DNA of 64,000 nt from Octopus sinensis (Eukaryota): positions 35,092,001-35,156,000 of the forward strand of contig NC_043003.1 in NCBI RefSeq assembly GCF_006345805.1, written 5' to 3'. The notes under the pieces were generated by a model that saw nothing but the letters and a program-made list of their open reading frames with translations, did no database searches and was not told the DNA's origin. The translations under genes were made by a program, and so were the position numbers. Positions 39,396-52,986 of this stretch are shown piece after piece. Within the stretch, counting starts at the first letter, position 1; every line of letters starts with the position of its first letter.

Positions 39396-41552
39396 GCCTT
39401 ATGATACCCTTAATAATAAAAGACATTTAGATGTGAATCTAAAATAATGCAATAATCTGGAATAAAAGAAATGAATCTCTTTATTTGTTTACAGTAAATA
39501 TATATACTTTTGATGTATAAATGTTTTCCTCCCATGTTGAATAATATCAATAATCTTGATGTATTTATTAGTCTTTATTAAACTGACCTGTGATCAACCG
39601 CGTTTCAGTCATAAAGATCCTGTCTTTTTAGATGTACCTATTACTACTCCATTGAATGAGTCTCACCGCATTAAGACGATAGGGTAATTGATATGGGGGT
39701 TATTTATCCTTTGTTTCGACAAGGTCGATCCAATAAAGTATTAGTTTTTATTCAATCAGTTATCCTGCTAAGAGTGACTTTATCTTTCACTCATCATCAC
39801 TCAATAGATAAATATCAATAATATATCGTTTTGATTCAACGAAATATATTTCTTTCATATGCAGCTGTTTTGGTTTCCAATAATGCACCCAAGATGAGAT
39901 AACAATGAGTATCTCTTTCCATTTCATTTCTGCGCAACTGATAAATTACATTCTGGTATCCGATATATCTTGTAACTAGGTATTTTGTCTCATACATATA
40001 ATTATCCTTCGATATATACTTATGTTTAATAATGCTTATATTATAGCGAAAAAAAGATAACATGAGTGTGAGATAGAAAAAATATTTCGTGATATGTGTT
40101 ATTTTGTTCCGATGTTCAACTTCCATACCTATCTGTCTTAGTCTGAGAACCATTCTAGTTTGAAACCGTCTGCTTGTCAGCCATTTTGTTAGCCTTTCTG
40201 AAAATATGTCTGTGCAAGCTGAAAAACAAACTAAACTATTTACAAACACTTTTATTGATCTTTTCACTAATATGTAGAAGATTAAAAAAAAGGTTATATT
40301 GGCATAGCTTTCCTATTCCTTTTTTTCTTTGTTATCAATTATTTATACACATTCATCACCGTTATATACACAGGATCCACTAATCATTTTTTAATCAATT
40401 TCCAAGCTTTCATACAGAGACCCCTTTCACAGAAATAAAGAAGTGTTCAAAAACGCATGCATACACATGCATACGTAAAAATACAGTATATCTGCCGAGG
40501 GAGAACACGTGTGCGTTTATTAGCATTCTTTTATACTCTCATTCATTCAAAATTCTCTCAAGCCAAAGTTTGCTTGCATGTGTTTGTGTAATTCATTCTT
40601 ACGCTCAGAGCCTATGACTTAGTTATACTTTTAACCTGCTATCTCAGACCGGAAGCCTGAAAGATAATAGCACTTCTGCGGAAACGGAAATGGTACCGAA
40701 CTCAGAGCCAAATCAGAGCCGAGCGTCTCTTTTGACCCACACGAAAGTAAATTAGCCGTTGTGTAAAAACAGGCAAATAGAGAGTGGACAGTGAACCGAA
40801 GACGAGTATAGGAACAAAGGAGAGCTTACTTAAATGTAATGATGAGGGTTCGGTTTGATGGGTGTGAGGGGATTATCAATACCAAGAATGCACAAGGAAA
40901 AATAAAATAAAAAAATATATAAAAGTGCATGATAGAGCAAGACTCGCATATATGACCCATGCATCTATGCACGCGTACACATACAATTACACCTACGCAG
41001 ACAGAAACGTACTCAAGAACATGCAAGTGACTATATATATTATGCATGCGTCTGTGCGTATATATACATAACTACACGTATAACTGATGCGTACACAATA
41101 TTTGCTCAGCATATACAATTTATCCACAAGCGCATCTACACAACAATACATAAGCATATACATCACTAACTCATAATCATATTGTCTTCATACACATACA
41201 TGCACAACAATCTCTTGTAACAAAATATATGCCTGTGTAAATCACTAAGAATATGACCAGAATTTCATTTGCTGTATTTTTACACTTAATATTTAGTGGT
41301 TGTGTATAATCTGCTGTATCCCCCGAGGATCGGGAGAATTTTAAATCTAGAAATTTCATTTTCCCTTATTTCATATTCATTTTGAAATTCATAATCTTGT
41401 ACCTTTCGATACATAGTAAAACTAGTAATATTTATTGCTTATCTTATTTTTACCTGCATTGTTGGAAGCCACATTGTATGCCATTGTTCAATTTTCATTG
41501 ACGCGAATTAATTTTTTTATATTTCAAAGTAATTCCTGTTTTGGTGGTAAAT

Positions 41553-41690
41553 TCTTTTCAGAATTCAGTAAAACTTACGAGCTAAATGTGCAATCCATTT
41601 TCAATTTGAATTTGAAGTAACATCCTTTTACTTATTCCACAAATGCAGGCAGGGAATTGGCTGAGTAAGTTTTACTGAATTCTGAAAAGA
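41553..41690. repeat. Perfect 26-bp inverted repeat with 86-nt spacer (MITE-like)
   Basis: TCTTTTCAGAATTCAGTAAAACTTAC (41553-41578) is the exact reverse complement of 41665-41690; extends to 29 bp with one mismatch. Confidence 0.95.
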
Positions 41691-42862
41691 GTTGTAAGAA
41701 TGTTCTTGTGCTTGTTTCGATTCTCGGTGATCTGAGTTCAATTCTCACCCGAGATCAACTAAAGTATCTGTCACGTATAAAGAAAGCTACAGTCTCACTC
41801 GTAAATGATATATAAGCATTTTTTTTTTTACTATTCGTGAGGAGAACATTTTATGACTTGAAATGAACGCACTTAAATTATGAACTACGATGATGTATAA
41901 AACTCTTCTATGGATCCAGCGGCACATTCAAGATGAGACAGCAAGGAGAGAGAAACAGAGAAAAAGGGAACAGAAAGAGACAGTGAGAGGGGTGCTGGTA
42001 TTCATTACCGCTGAATAAACTGGAACAATCTGATATAAATTGCTTTACTTGAGGATGCAATATGGTACCTAATCTTGGAAATAATGACCTTTTGACCATC
42101 GGCTTCATATCCCAAGCACTGGTTCACCTGCCTTCACTTATTCTTACCAAACTGATGGTAAATAACAGAAAATCTGAGGCATAATCTGGCTGTGACAAAG
42201 AAGGTCGTTAAATAAATATAAGCAAAGAAATAATGATTAAGTCGGCGTGTGCATTTGTGATCGTGTTTAGATCGTATTGGTAGTGACAATAGACGTGTCT
42301 CTGTGCTGGTGGTTAGATCCATAGTAACGGTGATGGTGAATATATATGTCGTTCTACGTCATTACTGTAGCCAACATCGCAATCAGAGACGACAATAATC
42401 ACAATAAAGTCAGTATTTGTAAGTCTGCAAAACTTGTAGTGGAAATAGGAGGATAAGATAGTAGTGGTTGATTTGGTGATGTCTGTTATAAAGATGACTA
42501 ATAAAGATTACTAATGATGATGATGATCATGATGATGATGTTGGTGGTGATGATGATGAGTACGATTGCTATCATCATAGCTCACGATAGGGAAAATGCT
42601 GATTATGTTCATGATTTTGATGATTTTGAACAAAGAAGAGTATTATTTGTGGTGTTAAAAATGTTAACGATGACAAAGTTGATTAAAATGAGAAAAAAAT
42701 TGGCGTATAGTTAATTCTTTTTTTTAATAAATAAGGCGATGATAATAACAATGACAATGGTGTTGATGGTGGGGTGGGGAGCTGCTAATGACGATGATAA
42801 CGGTAACATATTAGAACGAGAAGTGTAGTAGCTAACGTCTTAAATAAGGAATAAAAGAAGCT

Positions 42863-43020
42863 GATGATGATGATGATGATGAGAGGAGGAGGAGGAGGAG
42901 GAGGAAGTGGAGGAGGAAGCGGAGTGGGAGGGGAGGGGACGAGGGGATGATGATGATGATGATTATGATGATGATGAGGAGGAGGAGGAGGAGGAAAAGG
43001 AGGAGGAAGCGGAGGAGGCT
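42863..43020. repeat. (GAT)n/(GAG)n compound triplet repeat with a G-run core
   Basis: Directly visible. Confidence 0.9.
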
Positions 43021-46000
43021 AAACGGTCCTGATTCTGGCTCAAAAGAGCCTGATAATAATCATGATAGTAATGAAGCTTTTATTGGGGTTTAAATATTGA
43101 TGACCTGAGCAATAACTGTAGTATTCATAGTAAGTTTGTGGGAGGTAAGATTGTAGCAAGTGTGATGGTTCTGATTGTTAGTAATTGTGGTAGTGTGATG
43201 AGAGTGAGAAAGCAAATGAGAGGAAGACATTAATAGGTAGTGAAAAGGACTCAAGTTAAACATTATTACTGCAAAACCTGTCACCGGCGGCAAATATAAC
43301 AATATGATAATTGTAAGGATGTCATCGTATACTCCTATCCCAACAACACGCTTTGAAATCAACAACTACGTCAACAACAGCGAAAAGAGCATACACTCGA
43401 AGGGCCATAAAGTATGCTACTACGAAAAGAGTATCAACAAGCATAAAACTGCGATATCTGTACTGTAATCCGACTTCTCATCAAGCATTTTGATAACAAT
43501 CATCTTCATAACTGACAATCTTGACAGCAACTCTGTGACAAGAGAGAAGGGTAAAACAATGGGCTAGAGGATGAGGATGAGAAGTGAAAGAAGATATGAG
43601 GAGAGGAAAAGAGAGTAGGTAAATGAAGGAGAAAGGAAGAAAATTATAGGGAAAGAGAAATATATGAAGAGAACTGAAGAAACTGGATGGAGGAGAGATA
43701 GTACGGAGAAATTAACATGAATATATCTATTTAAATGAAAACAGAGATATAATTGGAAATTAAGAAAACATGCAAATATACAGAAAGCAAATTTTGATAT
43801 TAAATCGCAGCACATTTCCAGGAGGATACACTTTTGTTTGTTTTATGTCCTAAAATCCTAATAGATTAAATGGGGGCATTGAGTAGTGGCACATCTTAAG
43901 CTTTATAAGGCGGGCGGTCAACATCCCGGGAGGGAAAGAGATACAAAAGATTCGAATCCAGTAATAAACTGGTTCGTTATTTATCGAACTCATAGCACAG
44001 AGAACCGAAATCTATAAGAAAGCAGTCAGACACACTAATGACCAGGAAAATTATCCAACTTTATATTCTTACTAAGAGAAAAAATACATTATAATAATAA
44101 CAAATAAGAGTAATTACATAGAGACGCCATCAGAATACAGAACAATACTTTACTTAGTATATATATCTTTAATGCAATGACCAAAGGACGATAACTTAAA
44201 ACAATTTGGGCGGGAAAAGAGAAGTTATAGGAATTACAAAGCTTTTAGTAACGTCAGCATCCACACGAGACAACTCCAGATATGTTGCAATATTATTAAA
44301 CATCTCTATATAAGACAGCATGTGCTCAATAATCTAATGCTATGTTAACAATTCTTGTATGGGGGACAATAAATGACATGTTTTCTTTTTCATCTTTATT
44401 CTCCTGGAAATTATGGACTTAATGGCACCAAATAGCAGGTTTGTTTATTGTTTCTCTCGTATTTTTTCGACATATTTTTTTATATGCATTGTTGAAGAGG
44501 TCTAATAATACGGAAACCTCTCCTGTTTTGTCTCCCGTACTTTAAAAATTACTTAATACAATCCATATCCACCTTTTCTCAAATACAGTAAGTTTTAAAG
44601 AGCATTATGGTGCTCGCAGTTTTAAATATTTTAATACCATAGATTATATTATATAATGCCCCTCTTCTCAAACAAATGTACATGTATATACACATCATGC
44701 ATTCACACATACATAAATATGTGTATACTTTCCTTATCTTTTAGCATGCATGTTTACGCACACATACGCAGATGCACTTATGTACGTACACATACAAACG
44801 TACACATACAAACGTGCACACATACACGCACCCTAACACATGCACTTAAACACACACACTCACATTATCTTGACATATATTCCATATTCCTCCCTCTGGA
44901 GCTTTACATTTTAAATACAATACTATGAAATATGACTTTATTGCATCGTATCGAGTTGATCGCTAAATTAAGTACAGTGCAGAAAATAACATTCTGCTTA
45001 CGTCTATGAAATATTGATGCATATTTTTGAAATTTTAATGAATCATACAGAAATTTACTATAAATTTTTAAAAACTTTTCGATCATTAAATATATTATTT
45101 TAGACAATGTGTTAGTATTTGAGTTTCATCGAAGTTTTACTTTCTTACCAAATATTCTGTATTGCCGTTCCTGGAACGTTTCTAAAATTATCCACTCAAC
45201 ACACGAATTGCTCCAACTATGGAAGTTTGAATATACGTGAATACGTACACACATTTTTGCAAGCATATGTGTATGCATGTTTTTCTACTTGTTATTCCCT
45301 TAATGGAACTCTTTTTCCATCCTGCAAATGATACTATTCGGTGCTACGAAAAATAAATATATCCTGTCGTTTGGAGTTTATAACTAAATTTATTACACTA
45401 GAAATCAAAAAGGAAAATTAAAACAAAGATATCCTCGTTGTGTCTACAAAATATTGCATTCATTACTCTCTCTGTCACTCACACACACACACATACAGAT
45501 ACACACCCGTATTTATGTGTATATATATACATATGTATTTATGGATGTATATATTTGTATCTATTACCATATCTACAAAACAATCTATAATATACACATA
45601 TACATACATGCATATATACGGATATAGATATATCTTTATACATACATGCATATACGTATTTAAAGATGCATATAAGCATGGATATTAATGAGAACGCATA
45701 TGATTGTTCATAAATTTCCTTAATCAAGTCCCACCTGACTGTCAGTTACATATGTATAGATACTTACACCCTTCCAGACACACATGTACACATACACACC
45801 CGCAGATATCCATAGACCAACATGTCAAGAACATAGGTTGATTTAATACGACTATAACGCATCCTAACTTAAATGTTATAATAGAAAAGTAAGACTAAAA
45901 CATTTTCGTGAGATAATTAATAAATCATACTAAGGAAAAGTTTGTCTATGAAATAGACAATATCTCAATTAGTGATGACCATGATACACTGTTGATGTTG

Positions 46001-48157
46001 ATTATGTTGGTAATGAAATTTGATTGAGGATTTCTCATTCATTATGCAAAACACATTTTTTAAAGCAACTACATATAACTATTATATATCGCATACTTAG
46101 AAATAACCACACATTATTTAATATATAGTAGATGTAATCACTTGATTACCTATACTAATAATATATAGTATATGTAAACGCGTGATTACATATTCTAAAG
46201 TATAACCAGGCAAAATATTGGCTGCTGTACCTGAAAATAACCTGAACAATTATATAGAAGATAGTGTATATATATTTCACATATAGTTCATTTATTCGAG
46301 ACTTAAAATCTAAACAGAAATTCTCTTTCCTTCTCTCTCCAACGTCTCTCTATTACACACACACACACACTCTCTCTCACTCACACACACTCTCACACTC
46401 ACACACACACAAATAAGCATACACATATACACACAAACATATTTTTTCCATAAGATTTTATGCTTTTTTCGATATCTCCCAGCCAACATCACATATGTAT
46501 AAATACATATAAGTCTTGAAACCACCAACCATCTAACTTATATAGCTCAAATATTCTCGCTGTGTGAGTAAAGAAAACACAAGGAAAGATTTCCTTAAAA
46601 TAATCTTCATAAGAAACATATTACATCTCTTTTTTTCTAACTACATGAAAGGAAAATGAAAATATATTCTTATTGTGTTTTTTTGTATTTAAACTTGACA
46701 TATAAAGGAATCAAATTCTGAAGAGGTGTTTGAAAAATATGAATAACAGTAATGCCGCCGACTAGACAAATATCAACAAATAATAAAGTGAAATCCCCTG
46801 AAATGGTGTAGCTGCTATGCGCAATCTAGAATTGCAGAAAGTTTTATTAATTGGCCATGATTGTTTATTCTTAAAGTTATATAATACACTAAGAGGTATC
46901 CACCAATTACATTCCATATGAACAAATGAATGGTAGAATTAATTCATACAGGAAATGTATCAAGGCATGAGATTCATGCAGAAATCATTAGGTCCAATTT
47001 AGATATATCTCTTCAACACAATAGATATAACTGTATGGACAGTAAGTGTGGTATATTTTCTATTTGCACAGGTTGGAGGAAATAGATGGATTAGAACATG
47101 GTTGGCCTCTGTCTGCTAGTCGAACGATGAGTTTATAGCTGCCCTTCAATTGTCACATATGTGTGCGTGTGATCATATGTATGTACATACATAGATATTT
47201 GATTGTAATTATGTGTACATATATATGTGTGTGTGTCTATGTGTGTGTGTGCATTCCCTCTCTTTCTGTATACATATGCACGTATACACATGCGTGTGCA
47301 CGCGTTATATATCATATTATGTACTCATTTCAATGCACACATTTATAGACACATTCTATAGGCTTCAGTTATAATAGTATGGTTGTCTTTCTTTCCCACT
47401 TCCACACCACACACCCTTTCACATAAATTGAAAGGAAAATACGAAGATAAATATATGCATAAGGAGACAGACAATTAGATAGATAGCCGGATTGATTTTT
47501 TTTATTTAAACATAAGTTTTGCTTACATACATACATACATACATACATACAAACACACATATAATTATATACGTGTGTGTGTGTGTGCGAGAGTGTATTT
47601 ATATTTATATATACAAATACATATATATATATTTATATATATATAAATAGGTAGCTAAATTAGTGAAAGTGAGATGTACATACATTGCTTACATAATACA
47701 TATATGTATATATTTACACACACACCCATGCACACACACTCATACACACACACAAACACACACACATATATGTATGTACTTACACAATACGTGAATAGAC
47801 AGTAGCTTCAATATTCTTATTAACACACACTAAGTAGGAAACAATTTTGTGTTTTCTATTTAATTTCATTTCAAAAGAAAATGCACTTCTCTCTTAATAT
47901 ATTTCTCCGCTACCAACTACACCATCCTAACCACACACCTTCAATAACTAGTCTTGTATGTTAGCCTAATGTTTGTTCCATAATTCCACACCATTTAACC
48001 CGCCATAAAGTATTAAGTATATCATTATTCATGAATTGAAATTTTTCTGTTATTAGATTGAATTTGCTAAAAATCTATTTCAGTAGAAAAATATCCCACG
48101 AAAAAAGAACATAATAATAACAAATAAAAATTAAAGAATACAGTTTATTATTATTAC

Positions 48158-48201
<44 letters not shown>

Positions 48202-49768
48202 GCATCATCATCGTCGTCATCATCATCATCATCATTTCGAGTGTTGAAAATATCGAATAATAATCAAAGCATATTACAATTATACCTTTATAATAATTGA
48301 AGATGGTAAGATTTAAGAGATTCAAATGGAAATGGGTTGATTGCAGAGAATAGAAGAGTTGTTTTACAGGATCTGGTTACACAGTTAATTATTTTCCCAT
48401 CATGTTTATCACGTGGATTAGAAGCCTTTAAGCGAGTGGAACCGAACCTTTCTTATTGCGGTGAGAATGTATCTCGAATACCGACTCACTATAAACTAAA
48501 TATTGGTCGCTTATATGTCATCCTTTTTGCTTAAGAAATCTGAAACTCAGAAAAAGCCTTTCCAATGTTTCAGATAGCATCTTTTTTGAAAAAGGATAAA
48601 CTAGTAAATTCAGTTGGTATTCAGAAAACTAGCCGCTAAATATCGCATCACCTTCACCTCAATTCACTATATTTTCATGTTACTTACCAGCTGCAATTTG
48701 GTAAATTAAAACGAAGGAAGACACAAGATAACATGTAACAAAGAAAATGATGACAATGGAAATGTTCATACAAAGTGGGTGAATGATGAAACAAAGTAGG
48801 TTTTCTTCCAATGATTAATGAATCGACAATGAAGTTTGAAGAATATAATTTGTTTTGGCAGAGATATTAATGTATTATATGTGTTGAGCGGAGTTTCAGA
48901 GTCATAGGTGTTAGATCTACATAGTAAGATTGTAATTTATCGAACAATAAGTTTCATCACCTGAGAAATATTTTTAAGTATATACTTCGAAATTGTATTT
49001 CGATTGGTGTGATCACCAATCCATCTTATTTCTTGATATGGTAATAGTAGCAGACTAGTTTTGGACATTAGAGATCTAAAACTTTAACGAACTTCTTTCA
49101 TACTAATTTAGAATGTTACATTCAAAGTATTGTTAGTATGATTTTTTCTCGGTATGCACAATGTCATCGAAGCATTTCGAATTGAAATGTCCCAAACCAA
49201 ATAGTGACACTTGATCATGACCAGTGTTTCCAAGAAGATTTATTTTATGATATTTACTTATTTGATTTTAGTCCCCTACACATCTTGGATGATATGGAAT
49301 CAGCCAGCACCATATTTAATTCTTTCGCAGTGGAACTTAATGACCGGTGAAGATAAATTTAATTATCTAACACACCGAGGTATTTTAGCACTGTAAATTT
49401 TAGCAGTTATTCTGCTAAGAGATGACAGAACATTTACGAATATCATGAATTTAATCTCGCTGTCGATATGCACAAACAAACTAGCAGCAATAAGCAAGGA
49501 AATATACACAATGCTGAAAAATAACTGCAAAACAAGCTATTAGAAAGTGTTAAAACTTTACTTAACGTAGAAATGTGAGGATTGTACCATATTTTTGACA
49601 TAAAGATATTTGTGGGAAAAGGAGCTAGAGCACATTGTACTACGTATAAAACTCATTGCAAATTTGGTAATGAATAAACTAATTTTAACGAAATTTTTAA
49701 CAAAATTTTTAACTAAATATCTATAAACGGCAAGCAGGAGGAGAACCGGCATATTAGAAAGAAGAAAA

Positions 49769-49809
49769 TGATGATGATGATGAAGAAGAAGAAGAAGAAG
49801 AAGAAGAAG

Positions 49810-49842
<33 letters not shown>

Positions 49843-49915
49843 TAGAAGAAGAAGATGATGATGTTGATGATGATGATGATGATGATGATGGTGGTGGGGT
49901 GGTGGTGGGGTGGTG
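49769..49915. repeat. (GAT)n(GAA)n(GAT)n(GGT)n compound triplet repeat
   Basis: Directly visible. Confidence 0.95.
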
Positions 49916-51755
49916 ACGAAAAAGAAATGCAATTAATGCTTATGATGAACAACAAAGAGCTCGGGGATTCCACAGGAATAGATCATTAGTTGAAAGATGA
50001 GAGACATCTAAATAAGGTACGGGGACTCAATAATGGCAGTAGTATTGCTTTCGGACGGTATTGGACGTCGCATATGAATATTTTATTGATGACTCACCAA
50101 CACCGAGAAAAAAGTCGTAGTCACAACGCGCACGCAGAAGCAACACACACACACACACACACACGCACACACACATACTCATGCGTTCATCATTGTCTAT
50201 ATGAGGTATATATTGTTATTTATGCATGTTTCATCATATACATGACTATGTTCATGTATCAATTTTACTTTAGATTACACTTAATTTCCAAATTCATATT
50301 TTCACGCATGATTCTTAAATTTCTGTCCGAGGTTTCCAGACTTGCATATTCTCAGTTTTAATTACTCAGTATAAAGAATGGTATATATTAATAATTTCCT
50401 ACAAAAACACTACGGCAACAATTTTCTCATCAATAACATGTAACAATTTTATAAGCCAGACTGCAAACTGTTGATGACCGATGTGGTCAATATATTTGAC
50501 TGTAAAACTGAAGGTTACAACTTTAGGAGTCCAACTGTTACAGTAGACAACGCTCTCATGTACGTGAACATTGGCCTTGTAGCATGGAGCTCTATTATAC
50601 TGCACACCGCAAAACAAAATGAAATTCGAAACTCATACAGAACGTTAACGTACTTTATAAAATTCCAAGTTAAATTTTTATGAGTGTTTTCACATGCTAA
50701 TTATGATATTGTACTTTCATATGAGCATAGTTCTCATAACAATGTAGAAGTTTATAATGGAAACAATACTTATATCACCACACAATGTAATAATTCACTA
50801 GGGAACACACAGATGCAAAGTTAATACATAGCAACTGCTATGAAATAAAAAGAGAACCTTTCGCTAGTGAGAATTCCACCTGTACTAAAGAAACAAGGAA
50901 GAGGCCATATATTTCCTCTTCTTAAAATAAGACAGTGCAGGCAAGAAAAAATCGGATATGAATTTTGGAACTCAATTGTTACAAACAAACTATAAAAAAA
51001 AGAAAGTACGAAGATAAATGTAAAGAAAGAAAGAAAGAAAGAAGGAAAGAAACCTATCTTGCGAACTTAAAACCTTCGATTCGAACACAGAGCGTAGCTT
51101 CATGAATATGCGCATTTGACGTAACACTTGTTCCGACCTCAACCTTCTGAGCTTTCGTTGAGACGAAGCATTCAGAAGTCAGTTGTATAAACTCTACCTG
51201 AAATTCAAAGGTCTGATTTCTCAACTTCATGCCACGCTGATATTAACGAAGGAAGACTATATATATGTGACTCTAGTATTAACATCCCTTCGTTAGTCCC
51301 AGTTAGCAAGTTGTCGACCAGTGGATCTACTTGTGGACCAGACGTAGATATGGAGATAACAGCACACGATAGGATGGTTTCATCGGAGGAAATACTGGTT
51401 CAATGACTAGTATTTTGGGGGAATTATTTTTCTTACAATAATAGGTACATATATAAAAACATATAGTCTACGTACATATAAAAGAAGAAAAAAAATGGAG
51501 ATTGGGAAGTTAATAACTGTTTACTATTAACAGCAAGTTAAACATCATCCCTTACAGCTGTTTCAATTAATACTCAGTAAATATTGATTAAATATTAAAC
51601 TTTTATGACTTGAACATAATATCATCAGAGGATAAAAAAATATACATTCGGATGTTTGATATGTGTATATGGATTCAGTATTGCAGACTGAATCAAACAC
51701 AAAACTTTGAAGGATATATTCTCACTTCTGAAGATATTATACACACATATATATA

Positions 51756-51807
<52 letters not shown>

Positions 51808-51812
<5 letters not shown>

Positions 51813-51930
51813 CGTGATCACCGTGACCGACCAGGCCATCAGATGTTGTTACCCATCGCTGGTCACAATGCGCTTCGCATTGTTTTAGCCTTCAAATGAC
51901 GCCACCCCGCTGGCTAAGCGGGCAGGCCAA
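51808..51930 (-). mobile_element. ~120-bp interspersed element embedded in (TA)n, second copy
   Basis: Same 5' start (TTGGCC) as the 9919 copy; 3' end has a tandem CACGGTGAT; flanked by (TA)n. Confidence 0.85.
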
Positions 51931-51978
51931 TATATATATATGGGTCCTTTCTTCTTCTTCTTCTTCTTATTATTATTA

Positions 51979-52033
<55 letters not shown>

Positions 52034-52453
52034 GTTAATATTATTATTATTATGGCTTTCTCTTTTGACTTCTTGACTTACGAGTTTCTCCACAACTCTT
52101 GGGTTTTCATATTCGAATATGGCTTCGTATGAAGGTAAAATTACGAACGTTTAAATACCTGCTATCAGCACTGCAAATTTCTTGCACTCTCTTTGAATTG
52201 GTCAGTAAGATGCACCTATATTCAATCAGGGGTCATCACTGCTGTCAGCCAATATTGCAATTTTGCTAAGTAAAATTGATTCATCGGGTGATAGTCAATA
52301 CGACGTGTGAAATAGGCGTTACATAGTAAAGTGATATACTCTTCACTCATCTTCCTTTCCTCACTCTCTCTTTTTATCCCTCTGTTCTGTCCATTGTTAT
52401 GGACATACACACAGATTCAGAGGACAACGGATAACAGATCAACTTTGATAAAC

Positions 52454-52501
<48 letters not shown>

Positions 52502-52938
52502 GGAGGGTGGTGGTGGGAAAGAGAGAAATAATAGAAGAGCCTACATTTATAGTGCTGAAGTGCAATTATTCCTACTTATTAATATCTTTTTCACGGTCCG
52601 AAATGATGTGTTCTTATTGTAGAATCCATATATCTCACCTTTTTTTGCCCTTCCCATTAGAAAAGGGATGCACAATAACATCATATATTTACAATTGAGG
52701 CAATGAGGTATCTATAGTTGAAAACTTGATCTGTTAGAAATGGCAGAGACATGTTTATTGAAACATCTCACCCACTAAACATAATGTCTTGAAAAGTATA
52801 GTGGATGAACATGTGCTTGGAATAAGTGATTCACGGTTGCTTTGGGAATGAAAACTGGACACGACAGTCGTCGTAGATAGTTGATTACTGCCTAAAAAAC
52901 TAGACTTCTATCTATAAAAGCATATTATTTTATTAGTG

Positions 52939-52986
<48 letters not shown>

